64,000 nt of DNA, taken from assembly GCA_001303705.1 (NCBI GenBank), contig LJUI01000002.1, positions 47 through 64,046 on the forward strand, read 5' to 3'. The translations under genes were made by a program, and so were the position numbers. Shown piece by piece: positions 1 through 11,751 of this stretch (position 1 is its first letter; each line of letters starts with the position of its first letter). The notes under the pieces are model-generated. The model saw nothing but the letters and a program-made list of their open reading frames with translations. It was not told where the DNA came from and made no database searches. This stretch comes from a candidate division TA06 bacterium SM23_40. Lineage in GTDB: Bacteria; LJUI01; SM1-40.

Positions 1-1
1 T

Positions 2-598
2 GGCGAAGGGTGGGTGGTGGCGTACGCCGGACCGGAGATCGTGGGGGCGCGCCCGGCATACATGGCGCCCATCGCTCCCGAGACCAGCGCGTGGCAGATC
101 GATGGAGTGGTGTGCGGCACCTACTACCTGATCGCGGTCTGGGACAGTGACGGGGATCGGCAGATTGATATCGAGGGGGGCGATGCCCACGGAGCCTACG
201 GGACGCTCGAGATGCTTCTCCCGTTCCGGGTGCCGCCCGAAGCGGGAGAGCCGAGGGAGGTCGAACTCCTCGCCCACGATCCGAGCGCGATCGTGGGGAA
301 CGTGATCTATGTTGGTGAGAGAATGGAGCGGATCACCGTTGAGGCGTTTCAGGATACGGTCTGGCAGGGCGAACCTGCAGCGAGGGTCGGTGGTCTAAGG
401 ACGGGCGAGCGATTTGTGCTGGATGATCTGTCGGTGGGCACGTATATTGTGCGTGCCTACGTCGACATCAATGCAGACGGGATATTCGACGAGAGCGAAC
501 CGCACGGGGTGTACGGCGCCCCTCGGCTCATCGACCTTGCCGCTGGCGAAGATCACAAAGGTGTGTTGATCGCGATCGGGGACCCGCCAGCCGGGTGA
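2..598 (+). CDS. hypothetical protein, C-terminal fragment (frame open to window edge)
   Basis: The frame is open from nt 2 (track ORF 14..598). Two internal repeats carry acidic DxDxDG-like loops (VWDSDGDRQIDIEGGDAHGAYG and YVDINADGIFDESEPHGVYG). No family recognised. Confidence 0.45.
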   Translation, partial: GEGWVVAYAGPEIVGARPAYMAPIAPETSAWQIDGVVCGTYYLIAVWDSDGDRQIDIEGGDAHGAYGTLEMLLPFRVPPEAGEPREVELLAHDPSAIVGNVIYVGERMERITVEAFQDTVWQGEPAARVGGLRTGERFVLDDLSVGTYIVRAYVDINADGIFDESEPHGVYGAPRLIDLAAGEDHKGVLIAIGDPPAG

Positions 599-640
599 CA
601 GAGCGGCGAGAACGGAACGACGTAACAGGAGGTCTCTCCT

Positions 641-1402
641 ATGAACCACGCTGCCCACAGAATGGCTTCGGTGGCACTCATCTCGGCCCTCAGCTGCCTC
701 ATGATCATGTTCCTTGTCGGCTGCCCCACTGATGATGAGCCGACCGGGGAAGGCGCGACCGGCCTGTTCGTCGTGGCGCAGTTGGCCAAGATGGCGAATG
801 TGCCGTTTGCTCAAGCGATCGCGATGCTCCAGCGGCTGCTCGATCCGGAAGAAGGGGCTACCGTGCGGATGATCGCCGCCGGAGACACGCTTGTTCTCGA
901 CGACCAGGGCGGTGGCCTCTACGTCGCCCCGCTAGGTGCTACCTTCGGGGTCGCGTTCGCGGGATCATACCAGCTCTCCATAACGACCTCCGAGAACGAG
1001 CAGGTGACCGGGAGCATAACTATACCCGATTCCTTCGATATCACCTACCCTCCAGTTCTGGGCGCCCACCGCACCACTGATACGCTGGAGATAGAATGGG
1101 AACCCATCGATGGAGCCGATCTCATCATCGTGTCGCTCGACGCCAGCTTCGAGCCGCAGCCGGAAGGGCTTCCCTGGGTCACCTCGCCTCCCCTTGGCGG
1201 AGATGCAACGTCCGTCACGGTACCGGACTCGGTGATTCCGGCGCAGGGCGGGCTGATGGTGGCTTCGGTCATAGGAATCGCGGGAGGATATATCGATCCG
1301 ATCACCTACGATTACTACCAGAGTGAAGAGAACTTGACCGGCGCCATCGGGTTCTTCGGATCGGCGGCTCAGAACGCTGTCTTCTTTACGCTCGTGCCGT
1401 AA
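641..1402 (+). CDS. putative lipoprotein, unknown function
   Basis: AGGAGG lies 8 nt upstream of the ATG. The signal peptide ends in lipobox LVGC. No recognisable catalytic motifs. Confidence 0.6.
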   Translation: MNHAAHRMASVALISALSCLMIMFLVGCPTDDEPTGEGATGLFVVAQLAKMANVPFAQAIAMLQRLLDPEEGATVRMIAAGDTLVLDDQGGGLYVAPLGATFGVAFAGSYQLSITTSENEQVTGSITIPDSFDITYPPVLGAHRTTDTLEIEWEPIDGADLIIVSLDASFEPQPEGLPWVTSPPLGGDATSVTVPDSVIPAQGGLMVASVIGIAGGYIDPITYDYYQSEENLTGAIGFFGSAAQNAVFFTLVP

Positions 1403-1599
1403 CGGTCGGGACCCCCGTGCCTGCATGGAACTGAGCCGTCCGTACGAACCGATTCACCTCCATCGCTTGTCGCCTCTTCGGCCCTGCGAGTCCGGCCCCG
1501 GCCGCGCACCGGGGCCGTTGGGCGACCATCGTTTGTGTGATCGGGAGATGGGCATACAAAGGGAAGAGTGTGGGCAAGCCCAGAGGTGGGGTGTGACCG

Positions 1600-2307
1600 A
1601 TGATTCCCATCCGAGATAATGTCCCCTCGCGGCGCCTGCCGGTCATCACGATCGGCCTCCTCGTCGTCAACGTCGTCATCTTCCTGTACGAGATCGCACT
1701 CGGCCCCGGAGTAGAGGGGATGCTGATGAGGTTCGGGACTATTCCCTACGAGGTGGTTCACCGCGTCGATCTCCCCCCACCCACGGTCAGGCCGATCTAC
1801 CTCACGTTATTCACATCGATGTTCCTCCACGGAAGCTACAGCCACATCATCGGCAACATGCTCTACCTCTGGATATTTGGAGATAACGTCGAAGATCTGA
1901 TGGGCAAGGTGAGATTCATCATCTTCTACCTTATCTGTGGCCTCGTGGCCGGGCTCTCGCACGTTCTGGCATCTCCCGGCTCGCAGGTGCCGGCGATCGG
2001 GGCGAGTGGAGCGATCGCCGGTGTGTTGGGCGCCTACCTCGTTCTGTACCCCAGAGCTCGCGTCCTCGTGCTGATCCTGTTCGGTTTTTTCTTTCGTGCG
2101 ACCTACCTCCCGGCCATCATCGTCCTCGGCCTCTGGTTCATCGTGCAGCTCTTCAGCGGCGTGGCGTCGCTTCCCGGGGCTGGTCGCGGCGGTGGCGTCG
2201 CCTGGTTTGCTCATATCGGCGGGTTTGTCGCGGGGCTGGCGCTAGTGAAGTTATTCCAGAAGCATCCACCCGTCCGCCGCTATGGCGGTACGGACTTCGG
2301 GTTGTGA
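1600..2307 (+). CDS. rhomboid family intramembrane serine protease
   Basis: Multi-TM protein with rhomboid motifs HGSYSHIIGNMLYLWIFG, GASGAIAGVLGAY (GxSG serine) and AHIGGFVAG (histidine). Confidence 0.85.
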   Translation: MIPIRDNVPSRRLPVITIGLLVVNVVIFLYEIALGPGVEGMLMRFGTIPYEVVHRVDLPPPTVRPIYLTLFTSMFLHGSYSHIIGNMLYLWIFGDNVEDLMGKVRFIIFYLICGLVAGLSHVLASPGSQVPAIGASGAIAGVLGAYLVLYPRARVLVLILFGFFFRATYLPAIIVLGLWFIVQLFSGVASLPGAGRGGGVAWFAHIGGFVAGLALVKLFQKHPPVRRYGGTDFGL

Positions 2308-2335
2308 ACTGCCGTCTCTAAGATCCAGGTCGACT

Positions 2336-2486
2336 GCCGCACGAAAGCCGGCGCCGCACGGGCATTGCACTGGGGACTGCTGCGCGGAGGCCGGCGCCGC
2401 ACGGGTAACGGATGGAGACCCTAGCATCGAGACCGACGCCGCACGGGAATGGATGCAGACCGCCGCACGGAGCCCGACGCCGCACG
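2336..2486 (+). repeat. intergenic array of six same-orientation GCCGCACG cores
   Basis: Exact GCCGCACG at 2336, 2353, 2396, 2438, 2462 and 2479. The four inner copies read CGCCGCACGG and the two outer copies read GCCGCACGAA. A 16-nt exact repeat GCCGGCGCCGCACGGG occurs at 2347 and 2390. GGATGGAGACC (2410) and GGATGCAGACC (2451) are near-repeats. Confidence 0.8.
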
Positions 2487-2562
2487 AAGAATCAATGGGA
2501 GGCGGGGATGTGTGCCGTAAAGGTCGATGGCGCGGGGGAACCAGGGAAGGATAGGTGTCTTG

Positions 2563-3121
2563 ATGTCCACGCACGTCGTCATCGACGGGTATAATCTGAT
2601 CTTCTCGGATCCGGCGTTCGCCGAGATAGCGGAGCGGAACCTCCAGCAGGCGAGGGACGAGCTCGTGCGGCTACTCTCTGCGTACCGGACACGGAGCGGA
2701 TCTGACATCACCGTCGTCTTCCACCGTCGTCTTCGACGGTGCCAGAGAGGCCCTTCCTCAGGAGAGGATGGAGCGTCACTCCGGGATCACGGTGGTCTTC
2801 TCGGGGGCCGGGGAGAAGGCTGATAGCGTTGTCGGAGAGATTACAGAGAGACTCGTGAATGAGCATAGCGCGGAGTCCGTTGTCGTGGTGAGCTCTGACC
2901 GTGAGGTCTCGCAGCGGACGAGGCGGCGCGGGGCGGAGGTTCGGGGATCCCGCGAGTTCGCGAATCGCGTGCGGGCTCGGGTACTCCGGAAGGGCCGAAA
3001 GAGAAAAAGAGACGATATCGAGCGACGCAGGGAGCGCCCACTCTCGCCGCGTGAAGTCGAGGAGTGGGAGCGCCTGTTTCAGAAGCGCATGGATCGCGGC
3101 AGCGGAGACGTTGAGGAGTAG
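2563..3121 (+). pseudogene. YacP/Rae1-like NYN-domain ribonuclease gene, interrupted by a +1 frameshift
   Basis: The N-terminal half (MSTHVVIDGYNLIF...DITVVF) is in frame 1 and the C-terminal half (HSGITVVFSGAGEKADSVV...VVVVSSDREV...EVEEWERLF) is in frame 2. Removing one copy of the 13-bp duplication at 2709-2734 restores DITVVFDGAREALPQERMERHSGITVVF, which matches the B. subtilis YacP layout as I recall it. Confidence 0.8.
2709..2734 (+). repeat. exact 13-bp tandem duplication (caccgtcgtcttc x2)
   Basis: Read directly: 2709-2721 equals 2722-2734. 13 mod 3 = 1, which explains the frame change between track ORFs 2527..2823 and 2768..3121. Confidence 0.95.
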
Positions 3122-3176
3122 TGTAGGGACCGGTAAGTCCACCGTCGCAAGCCAGTTCTCCCGTTGCCCTTTTGGC

Positions 3177-3205
3177 TTGACATCGATTTGGGCGCCGGGT
3201 ATATT
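3177..3205 (+). promoter_or_regulatory. sigma-70-type promoter candidate for tRNA-Leu
   Basis: TTGACA (3177-3182), 17-nt spacer, TATATT (3200-3205). The predicted start is a few nt before the tRNA 5' end. Confidence 0.55.
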
Positions 3206-3215
3206 ATTGGCGACG

Positions 3216-3301
<86 letters not shown>

Positions 3302-3691
3302 GAGCGTGGATCCATGCGTGTCCTGTAACGCGGATTTGCGCGGGCGATCTGCGCAACTCCGCGTCGCCGTGTCGAACATCTGAATTCACTGTGCACGAAG
3401 GGGCTGATGCCCCGATCGTGCTGGTATCGGGAGTACGTTGTCGTGGAGATGGAGCGCGAGGGTTTACAGCAGGGCGTACCGAGTAAGAGCGGGGGTACTG
3501 ATGAGACTTTGGAACAGCACCCCGTCGACGAGTTGCGTGAGTCCGGCGGACAGGAGGACGAGCCGAGATCCGCCCTTCGACCCGTGCGTGCCGCTGAGAG
3601 TGAGGAGGACGACGATGACCGTCGCGGCGACAGTGTAGCGAATGGCAGGGCGACCGCGGAACAGGGCGAAGATGTGCAGAGGATAGAGGGG

Positions 3692-4987
3692 ATGACGATC
3701 CAGATTGTGGAGTCCTCTGCCTCGGAGCGTGTGCTCCAGATAGAAATCCCGGCAAAAGAGGTCGAGACCGAGATAGATCGCCTGTACGGAGACCTGCGCA
3801 AGCGCGTAGTCGTTCCTGGCTTCCGAAAGGGCAAGGTGCCGGAGACTATCCTCCGTGCCCGATACGGCACGGCGATCGAGGGGGAGGCGATCGAAACTGT
3901 CGTCCCCAGGGCCTACTGGAGCGCACTCCAGGAGACTAGCCTCGAACCGATTACAAGACCGTCGATCGACGACGTGGAATTCTCCTCGGGTGGCACACTG
4001 AAGTTTGCAGCGCGCTTCGAGGTCGTTCCCGAGATCGAAGTCTCAGGGTACCGCGGACTCAGATTGAAGAGGCAGGTCGCGACGGTCGGCCCGGTCGAGG
4101 TCGATGCGAGAATGGAGCTCATACGTCACATGCATGCGACGTATGAGAACGTGCACCGGCCGGCGAAGGAGGGAGATCTCCTTCTGATCGATTACGAGAC
4201 ATTCGATCTTGGAGGGAAGCGCCTGAGCGACGGAAAGATATCGAATTATCCTATCGAGTTGACGAATAGCCCTCAGCGCGGGGAGTTCGAGGAGGGCCTC
4301 ATCGGATCGGTCCGCGGGGAAGTGAAGCAGCTACCGGTCAGGTTTCCCGAGGATCATCCAGATTCGACCCTTGCCGGGAAGACGGTCCGTTTCGTCGTGA
4401 GCGTTCTTGAGGTGAAGGAGAAACATCTTCCGCCTCTGGATGATGAATTCGCCAGAAGCGTGGGCCAGTTCAAGGATCTCGCCGAGCTGCGCGAGAAGGT
4501 CCGCGCCGGCCTCGAGGCTGAGGAGGTTCACCGACAGCGACAGGAACTTGTGAGCCAGATAGTCGAAAAGCTGCTCGATGCCAACCAGTTCGCACCACCT
4601 AAGGCCATGGTCGAACGGAGCCTGGAGAGGATCGTCCGAGGTGCTCGCGCCGAGGCAGAGCGGAACGGGAGAGGTGTCGATAGTCTGGATGAGGCTGAGT
4701 TCACGACTCACTACCGGCCGGTGGCGGAGATAGTTGTGAGGCGGATGTTGCTTCTCGAGAGAGTCGCCGACCGTGAGGAGATCAGCGCAACAGACGAGGA
4801 GCTGGATCGCTACATCGCCGCTGAGGCGGCACGCACCAGTGCTACACCTACAGCATTCAGGCAGATACTCGAGTCCCGGAGGGAGCTCGACGGCGTACGT
4901 GATTACCTGACGAGAGAGAAGGTACTCGACTTCATCATCGAACAGGCCGAGATCGAGACTGTCCCTGTGAGAAGGAGTGAGCAATGA
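3692..4987 (+). CDS. tig: trigger factor
   Basis: [25 protein letters not shown]...[12 protein letters not shown] is the classical trigger factor N-terminus. About 431 aa. Sits upstream of clpP-clpX. I chose the ATG at 3692, with a purine-rich RBS, over the track start at 3407. Confidence 0.9.
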   Translation: MTIQIVESSASERVLQIEIPAKEVETEIDRLYGDLRKRVVVPGFRKGKVPETILRARYGTAIEGEAIETVVPRAYWSALQETSLEPITRPSIDDVEFSSGGTLKFAARFEVVPEIEVSGYRGLRLKRQVATVGPVEVDARMELIRHMHATYENVHRPAKEGDLLLIDYETFDLGGKRLSDGKISNYPIELTNSPQRGEFEEGLIGSVRGEVKQLPVRFPEDHPDSTLAGKTVRFVVSVLEVKEKHLPPLDDEFARSVGQFKDLAELREKVRAGLEAEEVHRQRQELVSQIVEKLLDANQFAPPKAMVERSLERIVRGARAEAERNGRGVDSLDEAEFTTHYRPVAEIVVRRMLLLERVADREEISATDEELDRYIAAEAARTSATPTAFRQILESRRELDGVRDYLTREKVLDFIIEQAEIETVPVRRSEQ

Positions 4988-5580
4988 ATCTCGTCCCGAT
5001 CGTAGTGGAGCAGAGCGGCCGAGGTGAACGCGCCTATGACATCTACTCCCGCCTCCTCAAGGATCGTATCATCTTTATTGGTGGTCCCATTGATGAGCAG
5101 GCGTCGACGCTCGTCATCGCTCAGCTCCTCTTCTGTGAGGCAGAGGATCCGGAGAAAGATATCTGGCTGTATATCGACACGCCCGGCGGAGGGGTATCAG
5201 CGGGTCTGGCCATCTACGATACGATTCAGTATATCAAGCCGGATGTAGCCACGATCTGTATGGGGATGGCGGCGAGCATGGGGGCGGTCCTCCTCGCTGC
5301 CGGCGCCAAGGGGAAGCGGTCGGCGTTACCACACTCACGGATGTTGCTCCATCAGCCGATGGGTGGCATCACCGGTCAGGCAGCCGACATCGAGATTTAT
5401 GCCAAGGAGACCATTGCGCTCCGTTTAGAGATCAATAAGATATTGGCCGAGCACACCGGGCAGCCGGAGGATAAGATTGCGGCTGACAGCGATCGGAACT
5501 TCTGGATGTCGTCCGAGGAGGCCAAAGAGTACGGCATCGTAGATGAAGTGATTCGATCGAGGGAAGAGCGGAAGCCATGA
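4984..5580 (+). CDS. clpP: ATP-dependent Clp protease proteolytic subunit
   Basis: [31 protein letters not shown] (Ser) and LLHQPMGG (His). ATGA overlap with tig. Confidence 0.97.
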   Translation: MNLVPIVVEQSGRGERAYDIYSRLLKDRIIFIGGPIDEQASTLVIAQLLFCEAEDPEKDIWLYIDTPGGGVSAGLAIYDTIQYIKPDVATICMGMAASMGAVLLAAGAKGKRSALPHSRMLLHQPMGGITGQAADIEIYAKETIALRLEINKILAEHTGQPEDKIAADSDRNFWMSSEEAKEYGIVDEVIRSREERKP

Positions 5581-6818
5581 AGCGGGAAGCTGCAAGTACA
5601 CAGGAACCTCGTTGTTCTTTCTGTAATCGCACGCAGCAGGAAGTACGCCGGCTCATATCCGGATCCCAGGCCTACATCTGCGATGAGTGCGTGAAGCTCT
5701 GTGGGGAGATACTCGACGAAGAGATGCTCGACCACGAGAGCATCTCGATGTTTGATCTTCCCTCCCCGGTCGAAATCAAGGAGACGCTGGACGAGCATGT
5801 GATCGACCAAGAACGTGCCAAGAAGGCCATCTCGGTCGCGGTCTACAATCATTACAAGCGTATCGCATCCCGTCCCAAGGACGTAGAGCTGGATAAGAGC
5901 AATATCCTCCTTATCGGCCCGACCGGCACCGGCAAGACGCTATTGGCTCAGACGCTGGCCAAGATATTGAAGGTGCCGTTCTCCATATCGGATGCCACTG
6001 CGCTGACGGAGGCCGGATACGTCGGCGAGGATGTCGAGAATATCCTGGTGCGGGTCCTGCAATCCGCTAACTACGACATCGGTAGAGCTGAGATGGGAAT
6101 TGTGTACATCGATGAGATCGACAAGATAGCGAGGAAGACCGACAATCCTTCGATCACGCGGGATGTATCCGGCGAGGGTGTCCAGCAGGCACTTCTCAAG
6201 ATCATCGAGGGGACCGAAGCGAACGTGCCGCCACAGGGGGGGCGCAAGCACCCTGAGCAGCAGTACATTCGCATGGACACGCGGAACATCCTGTTCATCT
6301 GCGGGGGGACGTTCCACGGTCTGGAGCGCATCGTACAGAGAAGGAAGGGGGAGAAAGCCCTCGGTTTCGGGGCGAAGGTCGGATCCTCCTCGAGAGAGAG
6401 ATCGGCGGAGATCCTATCCGATGTCGAGCCGGAGGATCTGCTCGAGTACGGCCTCATTCCTGAGTTCGTGGGCCGTATGCCGGTCATCGCCACTCTCGAT
6501 GAGCTCGATCGCGAGGCGCTGATCGATGTGCTGACCAAACCCAAGAACGCAGTTGTCAAGCAGTACCAGAAGTACTTCGAAATGGAGAATGTCGAACTCG
6601 TCTTCACACAGGGAGCGCTTGGACGTGTGGCGGATATCGCCATAAAGAGGGGGACGGGCGCACGGGGACTGCGTGCAGTTCTGGAGAATGCGATGCTGGA
6701 AATCATGTATCGGCTGCCTTCGCGCAATGATGTGACACGCTGTGTCATCCATGAGCAGGTAATTGCTGAAGGGAAAGAGCCGACATACGTAATGGCCAAG
6801 CAGCGCAAGAAGGCGTGA
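5577..6818 (+). CDS. clpX: ATP-dependent Clp protease ATP-binding subunit ClpX
   Basis: Zinc finger [11 protein letters not shown]...YICDEC. Walker A GPTGTGKT. Walker [10 protein letters not shown]. Confidence 0.97.
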   Translation: MKREAASTQEPRCSFCNRTQQEVRRLISGSQAYICDECVKLCGEILDEEMLDHESISMFDLPSPVEIKETLDEHVIDQERAKKAISVAVYNHYKRIASRPKDVELDKSNILLIGPTGTGKTLLAQTLAKILKVPFSISDATALTEAGYVGEDVENILVRVLQSANYDIGRAEMGIVYIDEIDKIARKTDNPSITRDVSGEGVQQALLKIIEGTEANVPPQGGRKHPEQQYIRMDTRNILFICGGTFHGLERIVQRRKGEKALGFGAKVGSSSRERSAEILSDVEPEDLLEYGLIPEFVGRMPVIATLDELDREALIDVLTKPKNAVVKQYQKYFEMENVELVFTQGALGRVADIAIKRGTGARGLRAVLENAMLEIMYRLPSRNDVTRCVIHEQVIAEGKEPTYVMAKQRKKA

Positions 6819-9244
6819 GTGTCCCAATGCCCCGGGAAGAGGAGTCAACTATGCGATCCATCGCTCGTGAAGGGGAGATCATCGAGATCAATGAGGCGCT
6901 GCCCCTCCTGCCGCTCCGCGACATCGTCATTTTCCCCTACATGATAATTCCGCTTCTCGTCGGACGACCTGCCTCCGTCATGGCGATTGAAGAAGCCATG
7001 ATGGAGAACAAGATCATCTTCCTCGTTTCCCAGCTCGATCCGGAAGTATCGGACATAGGTCCCGAGGATCTCCACAGTGTGGGAACGATTGCCCGCCTGA
7101 TTCAGCTGCTTCGTCTACCAGACAATACGATCAAGGTGCTCGTCGAGGGGCTGGCGCGGGCCGAGATCAAGCGATTTCTCCCGTCAGAGGAAGGAGCGCA
7201 GCGGGTGAAGCTGACCCCCCTGACGAGAGAGGTCGTATCCGGCGTGGAGATCGAGGCTCTGCACCGGTCGGTGAAGGCTCAGTTTGAGGAGTACGTCAAG
7301 CTCAACCGAAAGATACCCAGTGAGATACTTCTCTCGATCAGCCACGTCGAAGATGTGGACAGGCTGGTCGACGTCATTTCGGCTCACATGATCCTCAAGG
7401 TCAGAGAAAAGCAGCGTCTGCTCGAGGCGAGGACGATCGAGAGCCAGCTGCGCGCCCTGAGCAAGCTTCTCGCGAGCGAGCTCGAGATCCTTCGGCTGGA
7501 GAAGAAAATCGAGGGCGAGGTCAAGACACAGGTTCGCCAGAACCAGCGACAGTTCTACCTCCACGAGCAACTGAAGGCGATCCGCAAGGAGCTTGGGTAC
7601 CCGGAGGGTGACTCCGAAGAGGTCGAGGAACTGGCGGAAGCGATCGCGGCAGCAGGCATGCCTCCGGAGGTGCAGGAGAAAGCGGAGAAGGAACTGAGGA
7701 AGCTTGCCAAGATGCCGCCGCTTTCGCCGGAGGCGACGGTCTCCCGCAACTATCTCGATTGGTTCATCTCGGTTCCATGGGAGACGCGGACCAAGGATAA
7801 CCTGAAACTCGGTCACGCCGAGAAGGTCCTGGAGGCAGATCATTACGGACTCGACAAACCGAAGGAGCGGATCCTCGAGTACCTGGCGGTGCTCAAGATG
7901 GTGAAAAAGATGAAGGGCCAGATACTCTGCTTCGTTGGACCGGCCGGGACCGGGAAGACCTCGCTCGGCAAGTCGATCGCACGAGCGATAGGACGCAAGT
8001 TCGTGCGCATATCCCTGGGCGGGGTCCGCGACGAGGCCGAGATCAGGGGTCATCGGCGGACCTATATCGGTGCGCTCCCGGGGCGCATCATTCAGTCGAT
8101 GAAACGTGCGGGGACGAAAAACCCTGTGTTCTTGCTCGACGAGGTCGACAAGCTGGGCGCAGACTGGCGGGGCGATCCCTCCGCGGCCCTTCTCGAGGTT
8201 CTCGATCCTGAGCAGAACTTCGCGTTTGGCGACCACTACCTGGATGTCGATTTCGATCTCTCAGAAGTCCTCTTTATCTGTACTGCAAACGTGCTCCACT
8301 CCGTCCCGCCAGCCCTCCAGGATCGCATGGAGGTGATTCGGTTTCCCGGGTACCTGGAGCACGAGAAGCTCGAGATCGCAAAGCGATATCTCGTCCCGAA
8401 GCAGCTGGAAGCTCACGGCCTGAAGGGGAAGGTGACGTACTTCTCTGAGGCGGCGCTTCGCACGATCATCCAGGAGTACACGAGAGAGGCCGGCGTGAGG
8501 AATCTGGAACGCGAGATCGCCACGATCTCTCGGAAGATCGCCCGGCAGATCGCCTCCGGAAAAGGTCAGAAGAGTTTCCGCCTCACCAAGGGCAGTGTGG
8601 GGAGATTTCTCGGTCCGCCCAGATTCCAGCGGCGGAGGATCGATTTCAGGGAGAAGCCCGGTGTGGCAACCGGCCTCGTATGGACCGAGGTAGGTGGGGA
8701 CATCATAGCTGTTGAGGTCGCCGTCATGCCCGGCCGTGGGCGCCTGGTGCTGACAGGCAAGCTGGGCGAAGTAATGCAGGAATCGGCCCAGGCTGCCCTC
8801 AGCTACGCTCGATCGAGAGCGGCCCAGTACGGCATCCATCCACAGTTCTACCGGCGTCTGGACATCCATGTCCACATCCCGGAGGGCGCAATACCCAAGG
8901 ACGGCCCGTCGGCGGGCATAACGATAGCCACCGCCCTCGTTTCGGCGCTGACCGGCATCCCCGTCAGGCCTGACGTCGGTCTGACAGGGGAGATCACGTT
9001 GCGCGGTCAGGTTCTGCCGATCGGGGGGCTCGCGGAGAAGATGGTGGCAGCGCAGAGTGCCGGCCTGGCGCAGGTCATCCTACCACGCGGGAACGAAAAG
9101 GATCTGAAGGAGCTGCCGTCTCAGGCAAAGCGCGGCATCAGGACAGTACTAGTCGATGAAGTCGATGATGTGCTCAGATTGGCGCTGACGGCGACGCCGA
9201 AGCGAGACACGGTCGAGGAGATGCCGGCGGCATACACACACTAA
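6815..9244 (+). CDS. lon: Lon protease
   Basis: N-domain [23 protein letters not shown]. Walker [10 protein letters not shown]. Protease serine motif KDGPSAGIT. The GTG overlaps the clpX stop. An alternative start at the MRSIAREG methionine is possible. Confidence 0.95.
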   Translation: MSVPMPREEESTMRSIAREGEIIEINEALPLLPLRDIVIFPYMIIPLLVGRPASVMAIEEAMMENKIIFLVSQLDPEVSDIGPEDLHSVGTIARLIQLLRLPDNTIKVLVEGLARAEIKRFLPSEEGAQRVKLTPLTREVVSGVEIEALHRSVKAQFEEYVKLNRKIPSEILLSISHVEDVDRLVDVISAHMILKVREKQRLLEARTIESQLRALSKLLASELEILRLEKKIEGEVKTQVRQNQRQFYLHEQLKAIRKELGYPEGDSEEVEELAEAIAAAGMPPEVQEKAEKELRKLAKMPPLSPEATVSRNYLDWFISVPWETRTKDNLKLGHAEKVLEADHYGLDKPKERILEYLAVLKMVKKMKGQILCFVGPAGTGKTSLGKSIARAIGRKFVRISLGGVRDEAEIRGHRRTYIGALPGRIIQSMKRAGTKNPVFLLDEVDKLGADWRGDPSAALLEVLDPEQNFAFGDHYLDVDFDLSEVLFICTANVLHSVPPALQDRMEVIRFPGYLEHEKLEIAKRYLVPKQLEAHGLKGKVTYFSEAALRTIIQEYTREAGVRNLEREIATISRKIARQIASGKGQKSFRLTKGSVGRFLGPPRFQRRRIDFREKPGVATGLVWTEVGGDIIAVEVAVMPGRGRLVLTGKLGEVMQESAQAALSYARSRAAQYGIHPQFYRRLDIHVHIPEGAIPKDGPSAGITIATALVSALTGIPVRPDVGLTGEITLRGQVLPIGGLAEKMVAAQSAGLAQVILPRGNEKDLKELPSQAKRGIRTVLVDEVDDVLRLALTATPKRDTVEEMPAAYTH

Positions 9245-9461
9245 GCAGCTGCTCGGTCGGCTCCGCCATACATCTGACTGAGATCCACACAGGCAATCAG
9301 TATCCCTAGAGAACTCAACGAAGGCGGATGCGGTCATCGGCGACGAGGGTGACCGTGCCCTCTCCGCAGGGGGAGACTATATTTGACCGTCAGCCCCTGG
9401 CGAGGGGCGCGTGATGGTGGTGTAACATGAGGAGGTCGCACTCGGAAAGGAGCGAGAAGAT

Positions 9462-10514
9462 ATGCCGGAAAAGATGAGGGCGGTGGTCAAGACGAAGGCC
9501 GCGCCGGGCGCCGAACTGATCGAGGTCGATGTGCCCACGATCGATCCCGATCAGGTTCTGGTGAAGGTGAAGGCGACGTCGATCTGTGGCACTGATGTTC
9601 ATATCTACGAGTGGGACAAATGGGCACAGAGTCGGATACACGTTCCTCAGACGCTAGGACATGAGTTCGCGGGCGAGATAGTCGAAGTAGGCAGTCAGGT
9701 GACGAAGCTCAAAATCGGTGACTACATCTCAGCTGAGACTCACATCCCGTGCAATGACTGCATTCAATGTTTGACAGGCCAACAGCACATCTGCGGCAAT
9801 CTGAAGATACTCGGCGTTGACTGCAATGGGTGCTTTGCCGAGTACGCGGCTATTCCTGAGATCGTCGCCTGGAAAAATGATACCTCGATTCCGCCGGAAT
9901 TCGCTACTGTCCAGGAGCCTTTGGGGAATGCTGTCTACTGCACAACTGTGGAACCAGTCCTCGGGAAGTCCGTGCTCATATTCGGCGATGGGCCGACTGG
10001 TCTGTTTGCGGCGGGCGTGGCCCGTGTGGCGGGTGCCGCCCTCATCATGATCGTCGGCCGTCATCCGGTGCGTCTCGAGATCGCGAAGAAGATGGGTGCC
10101 GATATCCTGATCAACGGTCACTCGGATGATGTGGAGGCGATCGTCCGAACGGAGACTGGTGGCGTGGGCGTCGACGTTGTGCTAGATATGGCGGGCACGC
10201 AGGTCGCCATCGATCAGGGATTCCGGCTGGTCCGGAAAGGAGGCCGGGTCTCTGCGTTTGGGGTCGCCGCGGGGCCCGTCCAACTCGATCTCAATAACGG
10301 AGTCGTCTTCAAGGGCGTGACCATCTATGGTATCAACGGTCGGCTGATGTACGATACATGGTTCAAGGTGGCGAACCTGCTCAAGTACAAACGCCTGGAC
10401 ATATCGCCGATCGTCACCCACACGCTTCTCCTCGAGGAGTTCGAGAAGGGGTTCAGCCTGATGATGACGAGGCCGAAGATATCCGGCAAGGTCGTCATGT
10501 TTCCTGAGCAGTAA
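9462..10514 (+). CDS. tdh: L-threonine 3-dehydrogenase
   Basis: Zn-ADH fold with [20 protein letters not shown] and [12 protein letters not shown]. Immediately followed by kbl. Confidence 0.9.
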   Translation: MPEKMRAVVKTKAAPGAELIEVDVPTIDPDQVLVKVKATSICGTDVHIYEWDKWAQSRIHVPQTLGHEFAGEIVEVGSQVTKLKIGDYISAETHIPCNDCIQCLTGQQHICGNLKILGVDCNGCFAEYAAIPEIVAWKNDTSIPPEFATVQEPLGNAVYCTTVEPVLGKSVLIFGDGPTGLFAAGVARVAGAALIMIVGRHPVRLEIAKKMGADILINGHSDDVEAIVRTETGGVGVDVVLDMAGTQVAIDQGFRLVRKGGRVSAFGVAAGPVQLDLNNGVVFKGVTIYGINGRLMYDTWFKVANLLKYKRLDISPIVTHTLLLEEFEKGFSLMMTRPKISGKVVMFPEQ

Positions 10515-10566
10515 GTCAGTCGGTTACGTTGAGGCGAGGGACCGCCATCAGATCGGGAGGGTAACG

Positions 10567-11751
10567 ATGTACGGAGCAGTAAAACAGACGCTGGCTAAAG
10601 AGCTCGAAGAGATCCGTAGCGCAGGCCTGTTCAAAGATGAGCGGATCATTCTCACGCCCCAGGGCGCGGACATCAGCGTCAAAGAGGGCGAGGTGATCAA
10701 CTTCTGCGCCAACAACTATCTCGGGCTCTCCAACAACCCCGAGTTGGTAGCTGCTGCCAAGGAGGGGTTGGAGAAACACGGGTTCGGGATGTCTTCTGTT
10801 CGGTTCATCTGTGGTACACAGGATATTCACAAGGAGCTGGAGCGGGAGATCTCTACGTTCCTGGGTACCGATGACACGATCCTCTATACCTCGTGCTTCG
10901 ACGCGAATGGAGGGTTGTTCGAGACGCTGCTCGACAAGGACTGTTCGGTGATCAGCGACCAGCTCAATCATGCCAGCATCATCGATGGCATTCGGCTCTG
11001 CAAGGCCGAGAGGAGGCGGTTTGCGCACAATGACATGGCCGATCTGGAGAAGCAGCTGAAGGAGACACAGGGGGCGAAGGCGCGGATGGTCGCCACTGAC
11101 GGCGTCTTCAGCATGGACGGTGATATCGCCAGGCTCGACCAGATATGCGATCTCGCGGACAAGTATGATGCGATGGTGATGGTCGATGACTCGCACGCCA
11201 CGGGCTTCGTTGGGAAGACGGGCCGGGGATCTCCCGAACACCGAGGCGTTCAGGGGCGGGTCGACATCATCACGAGCACGCTCGGCAAGGCGCTCGGCGG
11301 TGCGTCAGGTGGGTTCACGAGCGGGCGCCAGGAGATAGTCGACATGCTGAGGCAGCGCTCGCGGCCTTATCTCTTCTCCAACACACTTGCGCCGGCGATC
11401 GTCTATGCGGGTGTGCGTGTTTTCAGGTTGCTCAAGAAGACGACTGAGCTTCGTGATCGCCTGGAAGAGAATACGCTCTATTTCAGGAAGGAGATGACCG
11501 CAAGAGGATTCGATATCATGGAGGGCGTCCATCCCATCGTCCCCATCATGTTGGGAGAAGCCAAACTGGCCGCCGACATGGCTCAGGATCTGCTCGTCGA
11601 GGGGATATATGTGATCGGATTCAGCTATCCCGTGGTGCCGAAAGGCGAGGCGAGAATCAGAGTGCAGCTATCGGCCGCCCATACCAGAGAGCATCTGGAC
11701 AAGGCGATCGAAGCGTTCGCCAAGATCGGAAAGAAGTACGGCGTCATCTGA
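10567..11751 (+). CDS. kbl: glycine C-acetyltransferase (2-amino-3-ketobutyrate CoA ligase)
   Basis: [24 protein letters not shown] and STLGKALGG (PLP lysine). Classical tdh-kbl pair. Confidence 0.92.
   Translation: MYGAVKQTLAKELEEIRSAGLFKDERIILTPQGADISVKEGEVINFCANNYLGLSNNPELVAAAKEGLEKHGFGMSSVRFICGTQDIHKELEREISTFLGTDDTILYTSCFDANGGLFETLLDKDCSVISDQLNHASIIDGIRLCKAERRRFAHNDMADLEKQLKETQGAKARMVATDGVFSMDGDIARLDQICDLADKYDAMVMVDDSHATGFVGKTGRGSPEHRGVQGRVDIITSTLGKALGGASGGFTSGRQEIVDMLRQRSRPYLFSNTLAPAIVYAGVRVFRLLKKTTELRDRLEENTLYFRKEMTARGFDIMEGVHPIVPIMLGEAKLAADMAQDLLVEGIYVIGFSYPVVPKGEARIRVQLSAAHTREHLDKAIEAFAKIGKKYGVI

Noticed and set aside
2336-2486. Possible CRISPR array or CsrA-sponge RNA at the GCCGCACG repeat cluster
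   Set aside because: The repeats are only 8-16 nt with irregular 17-43-nt spacing, and no cas genes are present, so it is not a CRISPR array. About eight GGA triplets occur in the region, but GGA is common in GC-rich DNA and no csrA gene is in the window, so the sponge idea is unsupported.
3407-3691. 95-aa N-terminal extension of the trigger factor ORF in the track
   Set aside because: The extension is acidic and low-complexity. Trigger factor homologues begin at the MTIQIVE-type methionine, and the ATG at 3692 has a purine-rich RBS. I treat the region as 5' UTR/intergenic.
9462-11751. tdh-kbl as horizontally acquired, based on a hand count of 48% GC for line 9721-9780
   Set aside because: A single-line count is insufficient. 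Both genes are core metabolic genes in canonical order, with no flanking mobility signatures.
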